Positions 1 to 12,576 of a stretch of DNA of 36,032 nt are shown here, piece by piece (positions within the stretch are counted from its first letter, which is position 1; each line of letters begins with the position of its first letter). The notes below the pieces were generated by a model, which was given only the letters and a program-made list of their open reading frames with translations, did no database searches and was not told the origin of the DNA. The translations under genes were made by a program, and so were the position numbers. Source of the stretch: Xylographa opegraphella (taxonomy: Eukaryota); the NCBI GenBank assembly GCA_022813865.1, contig JALDZX010000007.1, positions 620,001 to 656,032 of the forward strand, written 5' to 3'.

Positions 1-192
1 CTGAATGAATCGCTCCGTTGGTCATGGACCACAAGTCTACTACAAGTACAATGTAAACAGTATTGGGTATCATAAAATGCCATATGGCTCAAGCTCATGC
101 GCCAGTGTAGAGCGTAATCCCTCTTCGGATCATCCATGTGGAGCTTCCAACAGCACCGGACGTTCGAGCAGTAACGCCCTTTGTGAGAAGTC

Positions 193-1236
193 CTAGAAAG
201 TTCCTTGACCCTTCAGTTCTCCCCACATCCGATCCACAATCTGAAAGACCGCCGTCACGCCCTTGAGTGTCCTCTCATCAATCCCTAAAGCTCCGTATCG
301 TTGCTGGATTTTGTCCGGGTGCCACCGTACCCTTTCAACCTTGAGCACCTTCGTGAAACGGTCCTTATCATCCTTTCCACGATCAAGGTCCTCTGGGGGC
401 GCTTTCCTCAGGAACTCCTCGATAGCGTCTTTGCCCACATCCCTCATCTGCCCGGACTTCGTCGGCCAGGGAATCATGTTTTCTTTCCACTTCCGCGCGG
501 CTTTCGAAGACGACTTTGCATCCTGCGTGGCTTGCACCTCCGTCCGTTCTCTCAGAACCTCCCATCCCTTCACGTATCCCTGCCAGGCCGCTCTCCATTC
601 CTCCAACTCTCTAGCCGGCCCGGTCCTAGCCAGCACCTCGTTCACCATTCTCTCCCACACTTCTCTATCCCCTGCTTTCTTCCACTCCTCTTCCTCCTGG
701 CTCGCCCCCTTCGTCCGCCTCGGCCTCTTCTTCCCTCTCCCGCCTTCACGCTTTCCCTCGCTCCTCTCTTCTTCCTTCCGCCTCGCCCTCCTTTCCTCTC
801 TCATTTTCCTCTCCTCGGCCAAGTACGCATGGCTCTTCTCCCACATCTTAGCCCGCACATGCGCGGTGTACTCCTCGTCCGTCATGCGCTCTAGCTCGCC
901 GTTCTCAGCCTCCGCGTACGGCGAGTAGGTGTGGACAGGTTGTCCATAAACACCTTCCCAGAAAGCGGCCCCTTCATCGTCAGCCATGGCATCGAAGATT
1001 GATTCGCGGAAGGCGGTCTCAGAGTCAAGGCTGGGAATGGAGTGTGCGGGCGGAGAGGGAGGACGGTGGGATCGGTGACGATGGTGGTGATGACGGTGGC
1101 GATGCGAGGACGATTCACGTGAATTGATAGGCTGAAATGAAGAAGAGGCGTACGGCGAAGGCAACCGTGGGCGTTTGAAGCGGAAGGCGGAGGGTTTGCT
1201 TGGTGGGGAGGAGACGTCGCCGCGCAAGGAAGACAT
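193..1236 (-). CDS. NFKBIL1 (IkBL)-like conserved nuclear protein, single exon
   Basis: 347-aa ORF. His/Arg tract HRHRHHHHRHR, 'AFRESIFDAMADDEGAAFWEGVYGQPVH' and 'MTDEEYTAHVRAKMWEKSH' blocks, and C-terminal 'IPWP...ERVRWHPDKIQQR' motif typical of NFKBIL1-like C-termini. Confidence 0.75.
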   Translation of the reverse strand: MSSLRGDVSSPPSKPSAFRFKRPRLPSPYASSSFQPINSRESSSHRHRHHHHRHRSHRPPSPPAHSIPSLDSETAFRESIFDAMADDEGAAFWEGVYGQPVHTYSPYAEAENGELERMTDEEYTAHVRAKMWEKSHAYLAEERKMREERRARRKEEERSEGKREGGRGKKRPRRTKGASQEEEEWKKAGDREVWERMVNEVLARTGPARELEEWRAAWQGYVKGWEVLRERTEVQATQDAKSSSKAARKWKENMIPWPTKSGQMRDVGKDAIEEFLRKAPPEDLDRGKDDKDRFTKVLKVERVRWHPDKIQQRYGALGIDERTLKGVTAVFQIVDRMWGELKGQGTF

Positions 1237-1556
1237 GGTGAGTAGAGTCCAGCTCAGCTGGGAGATCTGTAACTATGAGAAGACCATGGCAAGTGAGGGC
1301 GTGCGGGCCCCTAACATAGACCGGTCGGAAGAATTATCAATGAGTGTTCAATCGACAAGACAGGCGCGGACTGGCAGTTGACCGAATTCAGAACAAAGTT
1401 TTGGCGAATGACGCCACCAGAGGCGCGCGCGCGCAAGGAGTGTGGGGGCGCCTGGCGCAACCGAGCTTTGATATGTTGGCGCACTCTCCACTATCTTCTA
1501 CCTATGCCCATGCCGTTCTGGCCAACCAAAATACTGTAGTACGACGTTTCTGCACC
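1237..1556. promoter_or_regulatory. Compact divergent (bidirectional) promoter region
   Basis: Only 320 bp separates two head-to-head start codons; GC run GGCGCGCGCGCG near 1422. Confidence 0.55.
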
Positions 1557-2753
1557 ATGAACGGCACACTCTCCTATGGGCTCAACATCCGCAAAAGAGA
1601 CCCTCTCGCCCAACCACGACGCGCCCCGCCCCCAACGCGCAAAACCATATTCGAAGACGCCGACAACTCCGACGCCGAAGATGGCAGCGCTCCAGCCGCC
1701 GAAGAAGCCATAACCACCATTGGAGGGCTCTCAACTCCCTCACCGCCTGCCCACTCCTCTAAGCCCCACCAATCCCCGAAACTTTCCTCGACAATCAAGC
1801 CGCCGGTGCGAAAACCCCCTCCTACCACGACTCAATATGGCGACCTCTCCACCAACCACACCACCGCACTCCACACCAGCAGTTCCCTGGATCTGGATCC
1901 CTCCATCTACGACTACGACTCCGTTTATGACTCGCTGCACGCGAAAGGCCCCTCGTCGTCCTCCAGCGGGCCCACCGGGCCAAAGTACATGGGCAACTTG
2001 CTCGCCGCGGCGGAGGTGCGGAAGCGCGACCAGCTGCGGGCGAAGGAGAAGATGCTGGCCAAGGAGCGGGAAGCGGAGGGGGAGGAGTTTGCGGACAAGG
2101 AGAAGTTCGTGACGGGGGCGTACAAGGCGCAGCAGGAGGAGGTGCGGCGGATGGAGGCCGAGGAAGCGAGGCGAGAGATCGAGGAGTCGGAGAGGAGGCG
2201 GAAACAGGGCGGCGGTATGGTGGGGCTGTACCGGGGCATGTTGGAGCGGGACGAGAAACGGCATGAGGAGATGGTGAAGGCGGCGGAGGAGGGTAACAAG
2301 GGCGAAGGCAAAGTGGAGGCGGCAGTGGAGACGAAAAGCGAGGCCGAGCTAGCACGAGAGAAGGGCGCGACGGTCAACGACGACGGGGTTGTCGTCGACA
2401 AGAGGCAGCTCCTCAGCGCAGGTCTGAACATTGCGGCAAAACCGAAGACTCCAGCGTCGGCGTCGGGGGCGGGCACCGCCCAGAGTGCTTCGCGGTCAGG
2501 CATGGCTGCCGGTCTGCAAGGGCCGGGGGCCGCCAAGATGGCCCAGCGCGAGCGTCAGACGAGGATGCTCGAAGCGCAGCTGGAGGAGGCAACGAAGCGA
2601 GCGGCGGACGATGAGGCGGTGCAGCGGGAAGCGCTGGAGAGAGCGGCAAAGAGCCGGAAGACGGAGAGCGACATCAGCGGTGCGAGGCAAAGGTATCTGG
2701 AGAGGAAAAAGGCTGCTGCAGCTGCGGCTGCGGCGGCCCCTGCTGAGAAGTGA
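1557..2753 (+). CDS. Nuclear speckle splicing regulatory protein 1 (NSRP1/CCDC55, DUF2040)
   Basis: 'DPSIYDYDSVYD', 'PKYMGNLLAAAEVRKRD' and 'EFADKEKFVTGAYK' DUF2040 motifs, plus C-terminal 'ARQRYLERK'. Start placed at CACC-ATG 1557 (MNGTLSYGL) rather than the GTG at 1344. Confidence 0.88.
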   Translation: MNGTLSYGLNIRKRDPLAQPRRAPPPTRKTIFEDADNSDAEDGSAPAAEEAITTIGGLSTPSPPAHSSKPHQSPKLSSTIKPPVRKPPPTTTQYGDLSTNHTTALHTSSSLDLDPSIYDYDSVYDSLHAKGPSSSSSGPTGPKYMGNLLAAAEVRKRDQLRAKEKMLAKEREAEGEEFADKEKFVTGAYKAQQEEVRRMEAEEARREIEESERRRKQGGGMVGLYRGMLERDEKRHEEMVKAAEEGNKGEGKVEAAVETKSEAELAREKGATVNDDGVVVDKRQLLSAGLNIAAKPKTPASASGAGTAQSASRSGMAAGLQGPGAAKMAQRERQTRMLEAQLEEATKRAADDEAVQREALERAAKSRKTESDISGARQRYLERKKAAAAAAAAAPAEK

Positions 2754-3345
2754 AGCCGCATATGGGGGCCATTTGCCGTTCGGTTTGTGACGGTCAGCGA
2801 TGTCACTGGTGGCGTTGCGGTAAAATATGAGCATTTTGGACAGGGACCACAGTTGGGTGAATATTACTTGATATTCCGCTTTTCCACAGGTGGTTTTACA
2901 TAAAAGTGTGCATGTATCGTAGATTATTTCGTAGTTGAGCTTGGATAAGAAGAATTTTTGGGACTACGTCGCAGCTCTGCCATTTCATGCCTTGTAGACT
3001 GAACGGCAAGCTGGATAGTTTGTACAAGCTTAGGCGCCATTCCACAGAAACATTAGAGTATGACTGTACTGGCAAATGAGAAAATCCAAACGGTCATGGT
3101 AATGCGGTTGTCACGGGAACTACTTCAGGCACGCTATACACAAAAACACGCGAGCAGGGTTGCATGGGCGGATGCTATGCAAGCGGGCTCAACCTCAACA
3201 TAGCCCAAAATGCCCGATACTTAACGTAGATCTCGTTATCGGGGTCGTGTCGTCAGGAATACCTGATAGCTCCAGTACGCCAATAACAGCTCGTTTCCTT
3301 TGTGTTTCTATGTGCACCAGATGGAACGGTACTCGCTGCCACCAC

Positions 3346-4918
<1,573 letters not shown>

Positions 4919-6198
4919 GAGAGGGGAGATGGCAAGACGAGGGGAGTAGACGAGGGCGCGAAATCGAGGAAGGAGCCTGTCTCTCGCGCCAGCTCAATTG
5001 ACGTCGCTGAGAATGGTTGGGTTGATCTTGCCGAAAGCTTGATTGAACGAGTCGTCGTGTGCGTCCCTTGTGGCTTGTGTCAACAACGCTGATCTGAGAA
5101 CACGAGTCGTTGCAATTGCACCCAGTCTCTCCGGAGCGTCTAATGAGCGACGTACGGGGTGTATAATTGGTGTTGCGCAAAGAAATGGAAACAATGGACC
5201 GACAGAGCAAGGATGCTGGAGCAGGGTGTGTCCCTGCCTGGCATGGGAAGGTCGAGCACTTCCCGGAGTAATTCAATTGAGATATATGTTGGGAAAGCGG
5301 AATGTAGAGAGCAGTAGTTACAGATACAGATGATGAAGAGCACGAGGAGCGTTTCGGGGAGGGGAAAGTGGAAGTAGGAAGGGATGGGAGTGGAAGCTCG
5401 AGCTGTCACTGGCGGGGGAGGGAGGAAGTCGAGGTTGGATTGGAGCCACTAGCGTGGTATGGATGCCCACCAATCTAGTCTAGGCCGCTTCTGCTCATGG
5501 ACCAATCGACCCCGCCTTAACCGTCCTTACCTTGGGTACTTCGTACCTTACCTACTTACCTCTGACTTACCTCTCTACGCAAACACAGTCCTCTCTCATC
5601 ATCATCCTCTCTCGCCCTCCTTATTCAAGGCTGGGACGTCAAGACAAGACCGCCTGCGCCTTCCCGGCTGCCGCTGTAAATCGGAAGACTGCAGCTGCCC
5701 TGGTCGACATGGAGATGGATGCCCGCATTCGGCTGATAGTCGAGGTCCTCCTCGGTATGTCCCTCTGAGGCCCTTGAATCCAAAGGTCGTTCATACCGGA
5801 GCCATATCGTTGCTTATGACGAGAGTCAGCGGTAATGCTATGGACTCGGATCAGCCTCCGTGTATCACTGGCATACCGTGTCTTCAGACTGAACGGTCTT
5901 GTGTGTAGGATATGGTCACAATGATCGTCTGCATTGCTGCAGCGAAACGGATTGCAGCTGAGCCTAAGAATGCCCGAGTAGAATACATGCACTGTTGCAA
6001 AGACATCTCACGCCATACGCTTTTCCCCCATGCATGTCGGCCTCCCAGTATCGTTGCTCCTTTTCCCAACTACCATGCCGACCCAATTCTATAGTATGAC
6101 CACCTGAAATGGCTACCCGTCCCGTGCCTGCGAAATGCACTCGTGGAAACGCCGCCAGATGCTTGTTCATTAGACCCTCATCGATACCCCGAGCTCTC

Positions 6199-7887
6199 TC
6201 ACTCGGCTGTCAATGCAAAGCTGAGGCCAAGAATGCCCATGCCGATAAAGGCAAACGCAATGCAGACGTTCCTGTTGTGCGTGAGTCCCAAGCTCTCCGA
6301 GAAGAGCTGAAGGGCGACACTGGCCATGATGCCCGCAGTTACTGCAAACATACCACCGTAGACCCTTTCGCCCGGCGCCATGTCGGTATTCAGGGACACT
6401 TTGAACCACAACGCCGCCACTCCGGCACCCAAGGGCTGGCTGAGTCCGCCGAGCAGCGAACTCCAAAGCATGGCCTTCCAACGGCTTCCGAGTGCAAGGT
6501 ACAAGGGTAGTGCCATGGCGAAACCTTCGGTGATGTTATGGATGAACAGCGCGACGAACACAGCAAAACCCAGCTTGGGGTTCGCATGGTTCGTTGCGTA
6601 CGTGATGAAGCCCTCTGGCAACTTGTGCAATGCAATAGCAATCGAGGTCTGGAGCCCGATAGATAAGAAGGCATTGGATGGCACATGATGATGGTGAGCC
6701 TGCGCGGGGTCATTCGGTGGGTTGGCCCGGGAAGCAGATGATTGACCTCTGGAACGATTGCCGCTTTCCAGATCTCCATTCGACACTGATCGAGAGACTT
6801 TCGAGTTCCGAAGGGAAGATTTTCGGTGCTCGCCTTGTCTGCCCCTGCCTGGCGGAAATGGCGTGTGGAATTGAGGCCCATGGTCGCACGAAGCATGAAA
6901 CTCCATATCATGTTCCTCGTTAAGAGCTCCTAATGTATTTCCCAAATCCATGTTCTGGGGTGGAGGGTGTGTTGACGAGCGGCGAAGTCCCGTTGGTCTT
7001 CCAAAAGCATTGATTGAATCCTTGTGAAATCTTGTTGGACTACGCGACATCGCTTTGAGGCATTCCTTCCCGCATGGCTCGCTATAGCCATAGCAGGGTC
7101 CCCCCTCATCGCATAATGCTTTTGCTCCGCTTACAAAGGTAGAGACTCGGTTCGTCAACCGCGATTGCAAAGACGGTCGCCGGCTAGCGGGGGAGATGAC
7201 AAACGGTGCCCCATGTTTCAAGGTTGTTTCTGTTGTGGCTGACCTAGGTCGTCCAGTCCCCCCTAGCTTGTTCAATGTATTGTGTTGCTTGAGTAATGGC
7301 GTGTATTCGTCGTTACTTTCTGGATTTGTTCTCGAAGCACCCGAGTGACCATTTGAATAATGATTCTCCTCATCGGACGCAGCTTCACTACTAGCTTCGT
7401 CGTTTTCCTCGTGAGTGTGGTCGCAGTCGACAATGTGTGATGGAATATAGTGATGTAGAATTCGTGAGACTATTTGTATACCAATTACACCGGCAAGGAA
7501 CGAGCCTATGAGAATGTACGCTGCTTCTTGCGGCGAATAGCCGCCTTTGATGAGGTAGTTTTTGGCAGACGGCAGCATTCCATACAAAGCAGAAAAAAGC
7601 TAAAGCACTCTTAGACAATCATTTGACTTGAAGAGTAGCTGAGGCTCACCATGACCCCGAAGCTTAAACTGAGAGATGATGATAAAAAGGCATTGCTGTC
7701 CTGTATTCGGAAGTTTTTCTTTCCGGGCAAGTGTTGTATGATCAGATCAACGCAGATGATACTCGCGCCAAACACACAAGCTACCAGGAATCAGATACCT
7801 TTCATCTGCTTGGGGAAGGACGAGATCCATACCAATACCGCTAACGGAGGTCATGATCCATCCCCGGGTGTCATTATCGAGAACCAT
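6199..7887 (-). CDS. ZIP-family metal transporter, Zrt3-like; exons 7887-7833, 7780-7650, 7599-6199
   Basis: ZIP signatures 'ALHKLPEG' and 'HNITEG', His-rich loop (HHHH), N-terminal 'DNDTRGWIM' and 'LSLSFGVML'. Two GT-AG introns of 52 and 50 nt. Confidence 0.92.
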
Positions 7888-8384
7888 GATGCCATCCAAG
7901 GCAGCGTGCCTTGAAAATACCTGGCGTTTCAACGGTCAAGCGTCGTTATCCTACCTAGACATTCTGGAGAAACACATATCCGACAAGTTTACACTCCGCT
8001 TCCAAAGCTCTTGATACTCTCCGAACGAGACGTGCAAGAACGAGCTGTCACGGGTGTAGAAGAGACGGAAGCGTCAGGGACCTTGCTCTGTACTGTGTAA
8101 GGTCCCCATGCCCACTTACCGATTACGTCGGTGCTAGCCGGAAGTTCTCTAGCCCGACTTGATATTTTCGAAGGAGCGACGACGTACGGCTTATGATTGG
8201 TGCAGGCTACAGTCGCGTCACGGGCGAAGATCGAGCATGCGCTGTTGACTCCTGACCACTGACCAGACAACAAGAATGGAAGACCGACAGCAGCTCCGAT
8301 AGCAGTACGGCCATAACTAGGTAGCTCCTCCTCTCCAGTCCATCCACTCGAGAAAAGTTGCTCACCACACCCAACTCGCCCACC

Positions 8385-9410
8385 ATGTCGAAGACCACCA
8401 TAGCAATCGTCGCCAGTGTATCTGCTCTCACAGGCGCGGTGGCCACAGCAGCACTCTTTTCGACACGCGAACGCAAGGTATCGACGTCTCCATCCACGCC
8501 ACCTTATGTTGTCCCTACCTCAACCACACCTCCTGCTCCCATTCCGCAGCCGTCCTCGTCGACCAGACCGATCAGCGCTCCGGTGGATCCATCGGGGTTA
8601 TTTCAATATGGCTTTCCCGGGCCTATTTCCGACTTGAATTCTACGCCCTCGACCACTTCTGTATTTGACAGACGAAATCGAAACCCTTTGTGGGTTGCGG
8701 AACACATCACCCCTACATCGCTCTCGATGAGCGGAGGGGACCGCCGGCATTCCTACTTTGTCGAGGACGATAGCATTCCGTCCAAATTCCGCGCAAGACT
8801 ACAGGACTACCAAAGGTCCGGATATGACAGAGGTCATCAGGTGCCAGCTGCCGATGCCAAGTGGGCACAAGAAGCTATGGACTCCACGTTCCTGTTGAGC
8901 AACATGTGTCCCCAAGTCGGCGATGGTTTCAACCGGGATTACTGGGCTCATGTCGAGGATTTCTGTCGGCGATTGACGCATGATTTCCCTTCGGTTCGCA
9001 TAGTGACGGGGCCTCTATATCTTCCCCGTCGAGACGCAGACGGCAAATATCGTGTGTCGTACGAAGTCATTGGCAACCCGCCGAATGTAGCGGTCCCAAC
9101 CCATTTCTACAAAGTTATTTTTGCAGAAGATGGGAGAACCGGGGGAAACGTGAGCCTAGCAGCTTTCGTGTTACCGAACAAGCCGATCGCAAACAACAAG
9201 CCGCTAACAGACTTTCTGGTTCCGATTGAAGCTGTCGAGAAAGCAAGTGGCCTGGAATTTGCGAGTAAGCTTCCCGAACAAAGGAGACTGAAGTTATGTG
9301 AGCAAATCAAATGCTCCATTTTGGTCAGGGAGTATGCAGAGCGGCAAAAGAACTTGCAGGGGAAAGCTCCAGAACGAAGCTCTCGCAGCTTGTCGGTTGC
9401 TCGGCCATAA
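8385..9410 (+). CDS. NUC1: Mitochondrial DNA/RNA non-specific endonuclease (EndoG/Nuc1)
   Basis: 'SGYDRGHQVPAAD' active site, 'TFLLSNMCPQVGDGFNRDYW', 'VAVPTHFYKVI'. Start at CACC-ATG 8385 followed by a hydrophobic N-terminus. Confidence 0.95.
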   Translation: MSKTTIAIVASVSALTGAVATAALFSTRERKVSTSPSTPPYVVPTSTTPPAPIPQPSSSTRPISAPVDPSGLFQYGFPGPISDLNSTPSTTSVFDRRNRNPLWVAEHITPTSLSMSGGDRRHSYFVEDDSIPSKFRARLQDYQRSGYDRGHQVPAADAKWAQEAMDSTFLLSNMCPQVGDGFNRDYWAHVEDFCRRLTHDFPSVRIVTGPLYLPRRDADGKYRVSYEVIGNPPNVAVPTHFYKVIFAEDGRTGGNVSLAAFVLPNKPIANNKPLTDFLVPIEAVEKASGLEFASKLPEQRRLKLCEQIKCSILVREYAERQKNLQGKAPERSSRSLSVARP

Positions 9411-10664
9411 GCCGCCAGCATGCCGTGCGTTCTTGTTATCCGCTTAGCGATTGCATTGTTAGCAGTTTTCAAACAAGTTGAGCGACCACGAGCTTCTGAC
9501 TCTTACGTCTCAAATTCATTTCACAAATCTACCATTTCCATTCTACTTCCCGTGGTAACAAGGTGCACCCTTACAGCTTAACACCAATGCTCTTGTCATC
9601 CTTGCAGGCTTGCAAAATCAGTTCGTGCAGCCCGCCGCGATACCCGAAGCACGTACCCGTGCATCTCAAAGCCGAAGATCGTGAGTTTGCGTTTCTTGTT
9701 ATCGTATGCGACGTTCGGAACCTTGTAGCTTGCAGCATAACCATGTGCTCCATGTGTTTTTACGTGTTACATCTAGGGACACCCAACGTCTTTCGCAGGA
9801 CCAACCGCAACGTGGCCCGTTGCATGCCCATATCTCACAGCGACCTGCTTCTGACGCCCTATTCTGCTGGTAATATGTTTCCCTGATTTTGCAGTACTAT
9901 GAGATCGAGCGTGTCCGGTCATTCAGAAGCGCCAACGTATGCCATCCCGTGTTGCTTTGATTGACGGGATTCCTCAGTGTTGGCCACTACAGTCACAGTT
10001 ACCTCTGCGTGATAGATGATTGTATCTGCTAGCTTGTGCAATCTTGACATGGTCTAGGTATCCCTTCAGCTGCGCAATTGGCCGGAAATGCATAGATATG
10101 AGTTTCTCGCATCCTCCTTTGCCAAGGTTGTATCACAAAAATTCATTCGTGGGCAAAAGTATTTTGGGAAGTTTCACCTCTATGTATATGACGATGTGTA
10201 TGAGCAATGATGAATGCAAGGCATAGCTATGTCGATCTGTCACTGATGACCATTGAACCAGGCACTTTCGACACGATCGCTTCAGAAGCTTTCGCTACAA
10301 GGATGAATCAGATATATGGAAGGGGGTCAAACCAATGGCAAGCCGGTTTGGTCTAAAAGGCCATGCTAAGATTGGACGTCGCTATACGTCCTTTTGCTGG
10401 GTAGTCGTGTTGCTTTTGTGCCTATGGAATGCTAGAAGACTGCAAAGAAGCTGTGAAGGATACTTGATTCACATAACACGAACTCTAGCTGGCAACCTTC
10501 TCGAATAATTCGGTCCGTGGCTAGATATTCAAAGCATACATATTGAGTGGGATTTTGAGCAATTTGCAACTCATCAATAAGTTCACTATCACGGATATGT
10601 CTCACTTACAAACTTTCTCTCTCTCCACTAATTCGATTCATAGCGAGGAATTCCTTCAGCTCGC

Positions 10665-12576
10665 CTACCCACGAACCACCGGGGTAAATTTGACTTCCAG
10701 CGCAGGCTTCTTCCACAACAAGTGGAACTGGCTCTCTGCTTCCCAATCGAGGTCTCGTCCCATCTGCAAATCAAACTGCCACACCATTTTGGCAAGGATG
10801 AGACGCATCTCTAGGTAGGCCAGATTGATTCCTATGCAAGCCCGCGGCCCGATGCTGAACGGCTTGCTGGCTTCCTTCACGTCTGTGTAGCCGGAACCTG
10901 GGAGCCACCGCTCTGGTATAAAACTGTCCGGTGCGGTCCAGTAACGAGGATCGCGGGCCAAGTTGTAATTACTCGTGCTCACAGTAGTGCCTGGCGGGAC
11001 ATAATATCCATCGACGGTTGCGCCAGGGCTTACGCGTGGAAGGCCGAACGACACTGGAGGGTAGATTCGAAGGCCTTCGTCGATGACGGCGTGGAGGTAC
11101 GGCAAATGAGCAGTGCTATCGCCCGTGATATCCGACGACGAGGCGAAAGTCGTCCGAACCTCGTTGTTGAGTTTGTCAAGGGTTGATCGGTTGTGCAGCA
11201 AGTGGAATGTGACGCCTGAGAGAAAGGTGGCCGTCGTCTCCGAACCGGCAACACTATGCAACATCGCTAAATAAGATCGTTCGGTTGAACACATTATATG
11301 TTGCAGCACACTTACATCAGTGTTTGGGCCTCGGCAAGGATCTTGGCTTCTGTGACGTTGCTACTCTTCTCGCTCAGAATATGCTTGAAGAAGTCCTCAC
11401 GAGCGTTATCTGCTTTCATCCGCCTGCAAAGATAGGAAGACGGCATTAGCTCGGAACTGGCAGCCGTCTACTTCGTCAAGAACGGGTTACTCACTTCCTC
11501 GTTTTTTCAAGACTAAGTGCAAGGTGCTTCTTTCTCATTGCAGGGACATCGTTCGGAATGATCCACGGCGTGATCAATTTCATCAATGGCAGTCGCCTGT
11601 TTATATCTTGCAGTGAGCCTGCGAAAGAACTATCGCCGATCAAACTGATCCAGAAATTCGGTCTCGCTACATATCGTGGTTGATGATTAGCACCCTGCAA
11701 CAAGAAGAGTTAATGCCAGGACATCGCTAACCTTCTTCCACTGCACCAAATGGCTCCCCGAATGCCAAGTCTCCGATAATATCGAAGGTCAACCAGTTGT
11801 ACCACTCCGCAAGGTTCACCATCTCCCCCTTCTTTCCTCTCTCGCTCAACTGCGTCAGCAACATCTCGACATATCGCAGCACGAGGTCCTCCTGCTCTCT
11901 TAGCGCCTTCGCAGAGAAGGCGTGCGCAAGGCCTCTTCGTTTCTGGGAATGTATTGACGGATCTCTGACCATCACGATGCTGCTCTCTTGGTCTGCACGT
12001 TCATAAAACCCAGACTTCAAGAAGGGCCGGTGTCCTTTGCCGCTATGGTTGTAGATATCCTTGGCCGAGGAGACAGTGGCAAAGGAGAGGTCGTTGGGTG
12101 CAATACGGACCACGTCACCTTCGGTCCCATAGTCAGTTGATGGTGAAAGGCGGAAACAGTAGCCAGGAAACCCAGACCATGTTTCCAGTGAGCCTCTTGT
12201 ATCCTTTGCGGCCAGCGTCCTCCAAGCCAGTGCCAAGCATACCAGATCTATTGCAAGTCCAATATTAGCATTATGGTCTTCATCGCCTACAGAGCCACCC
12301 CCCCTCCTAAGCTTTGACAGATATTCATACCTCAGAAACAGCTGCAAGTTTGGGACCTGGGAACTTGGCCAGCGGGTGGAGGTAGAGCCGGTATATGCAA
12401 AGTGCGACGAAATATAGGAGGACCTACGTGGGACGTGGTTAGTGTCAGGTACTGCTATGTAGACGCGAAAGTTGGAGCTGCAACGTTCTGATGCCTGTGG
12501 TGGAAGGCCAAGGGCTTACAGAGAAAGCAAGAACGGCGCTCAAGGGCAGGCTCGATGTCACGAGGGATCCCGCCAT
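10665..12576 (-). CDS. Cytochrome P450 monooxygenase (CYP65/Tri11-like by motif appearance); exons 12576-12520, 12423-12331, 12247-12178, 12118-11732, 11666-11495, 11423-11316, 11253-10665
   Basis: N-terminal TM then 'HPLAKFPGP', '[12 protein letters not shown]', '[15 protein letters not shown]', I-helix 'AGSETT', 'EGLR', 'PERW', heme motif '[11 protein letters not shown]'. Six introns keep the frame. Confidence 0.93.

Noticed and set aside
1344..1556. 71-codon N-terminal extension of NSRP1 from a GTG
   Set aside because: Not family-like and would leave almost no promoter space; ATG 1557 has a CACC context.
263..2834. Many long antisense or alternate-frame ORFs over the first two genes
   Set aside because: Shadows of GC-rich, low-complexity coding sequence with no motifs.
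5459..6170. Cluster of 60-150 aa ORFs between PKA and the ZIP transporter
   Set aside because: No protein motifs; best explained as promoter and 3' UTR sequence.
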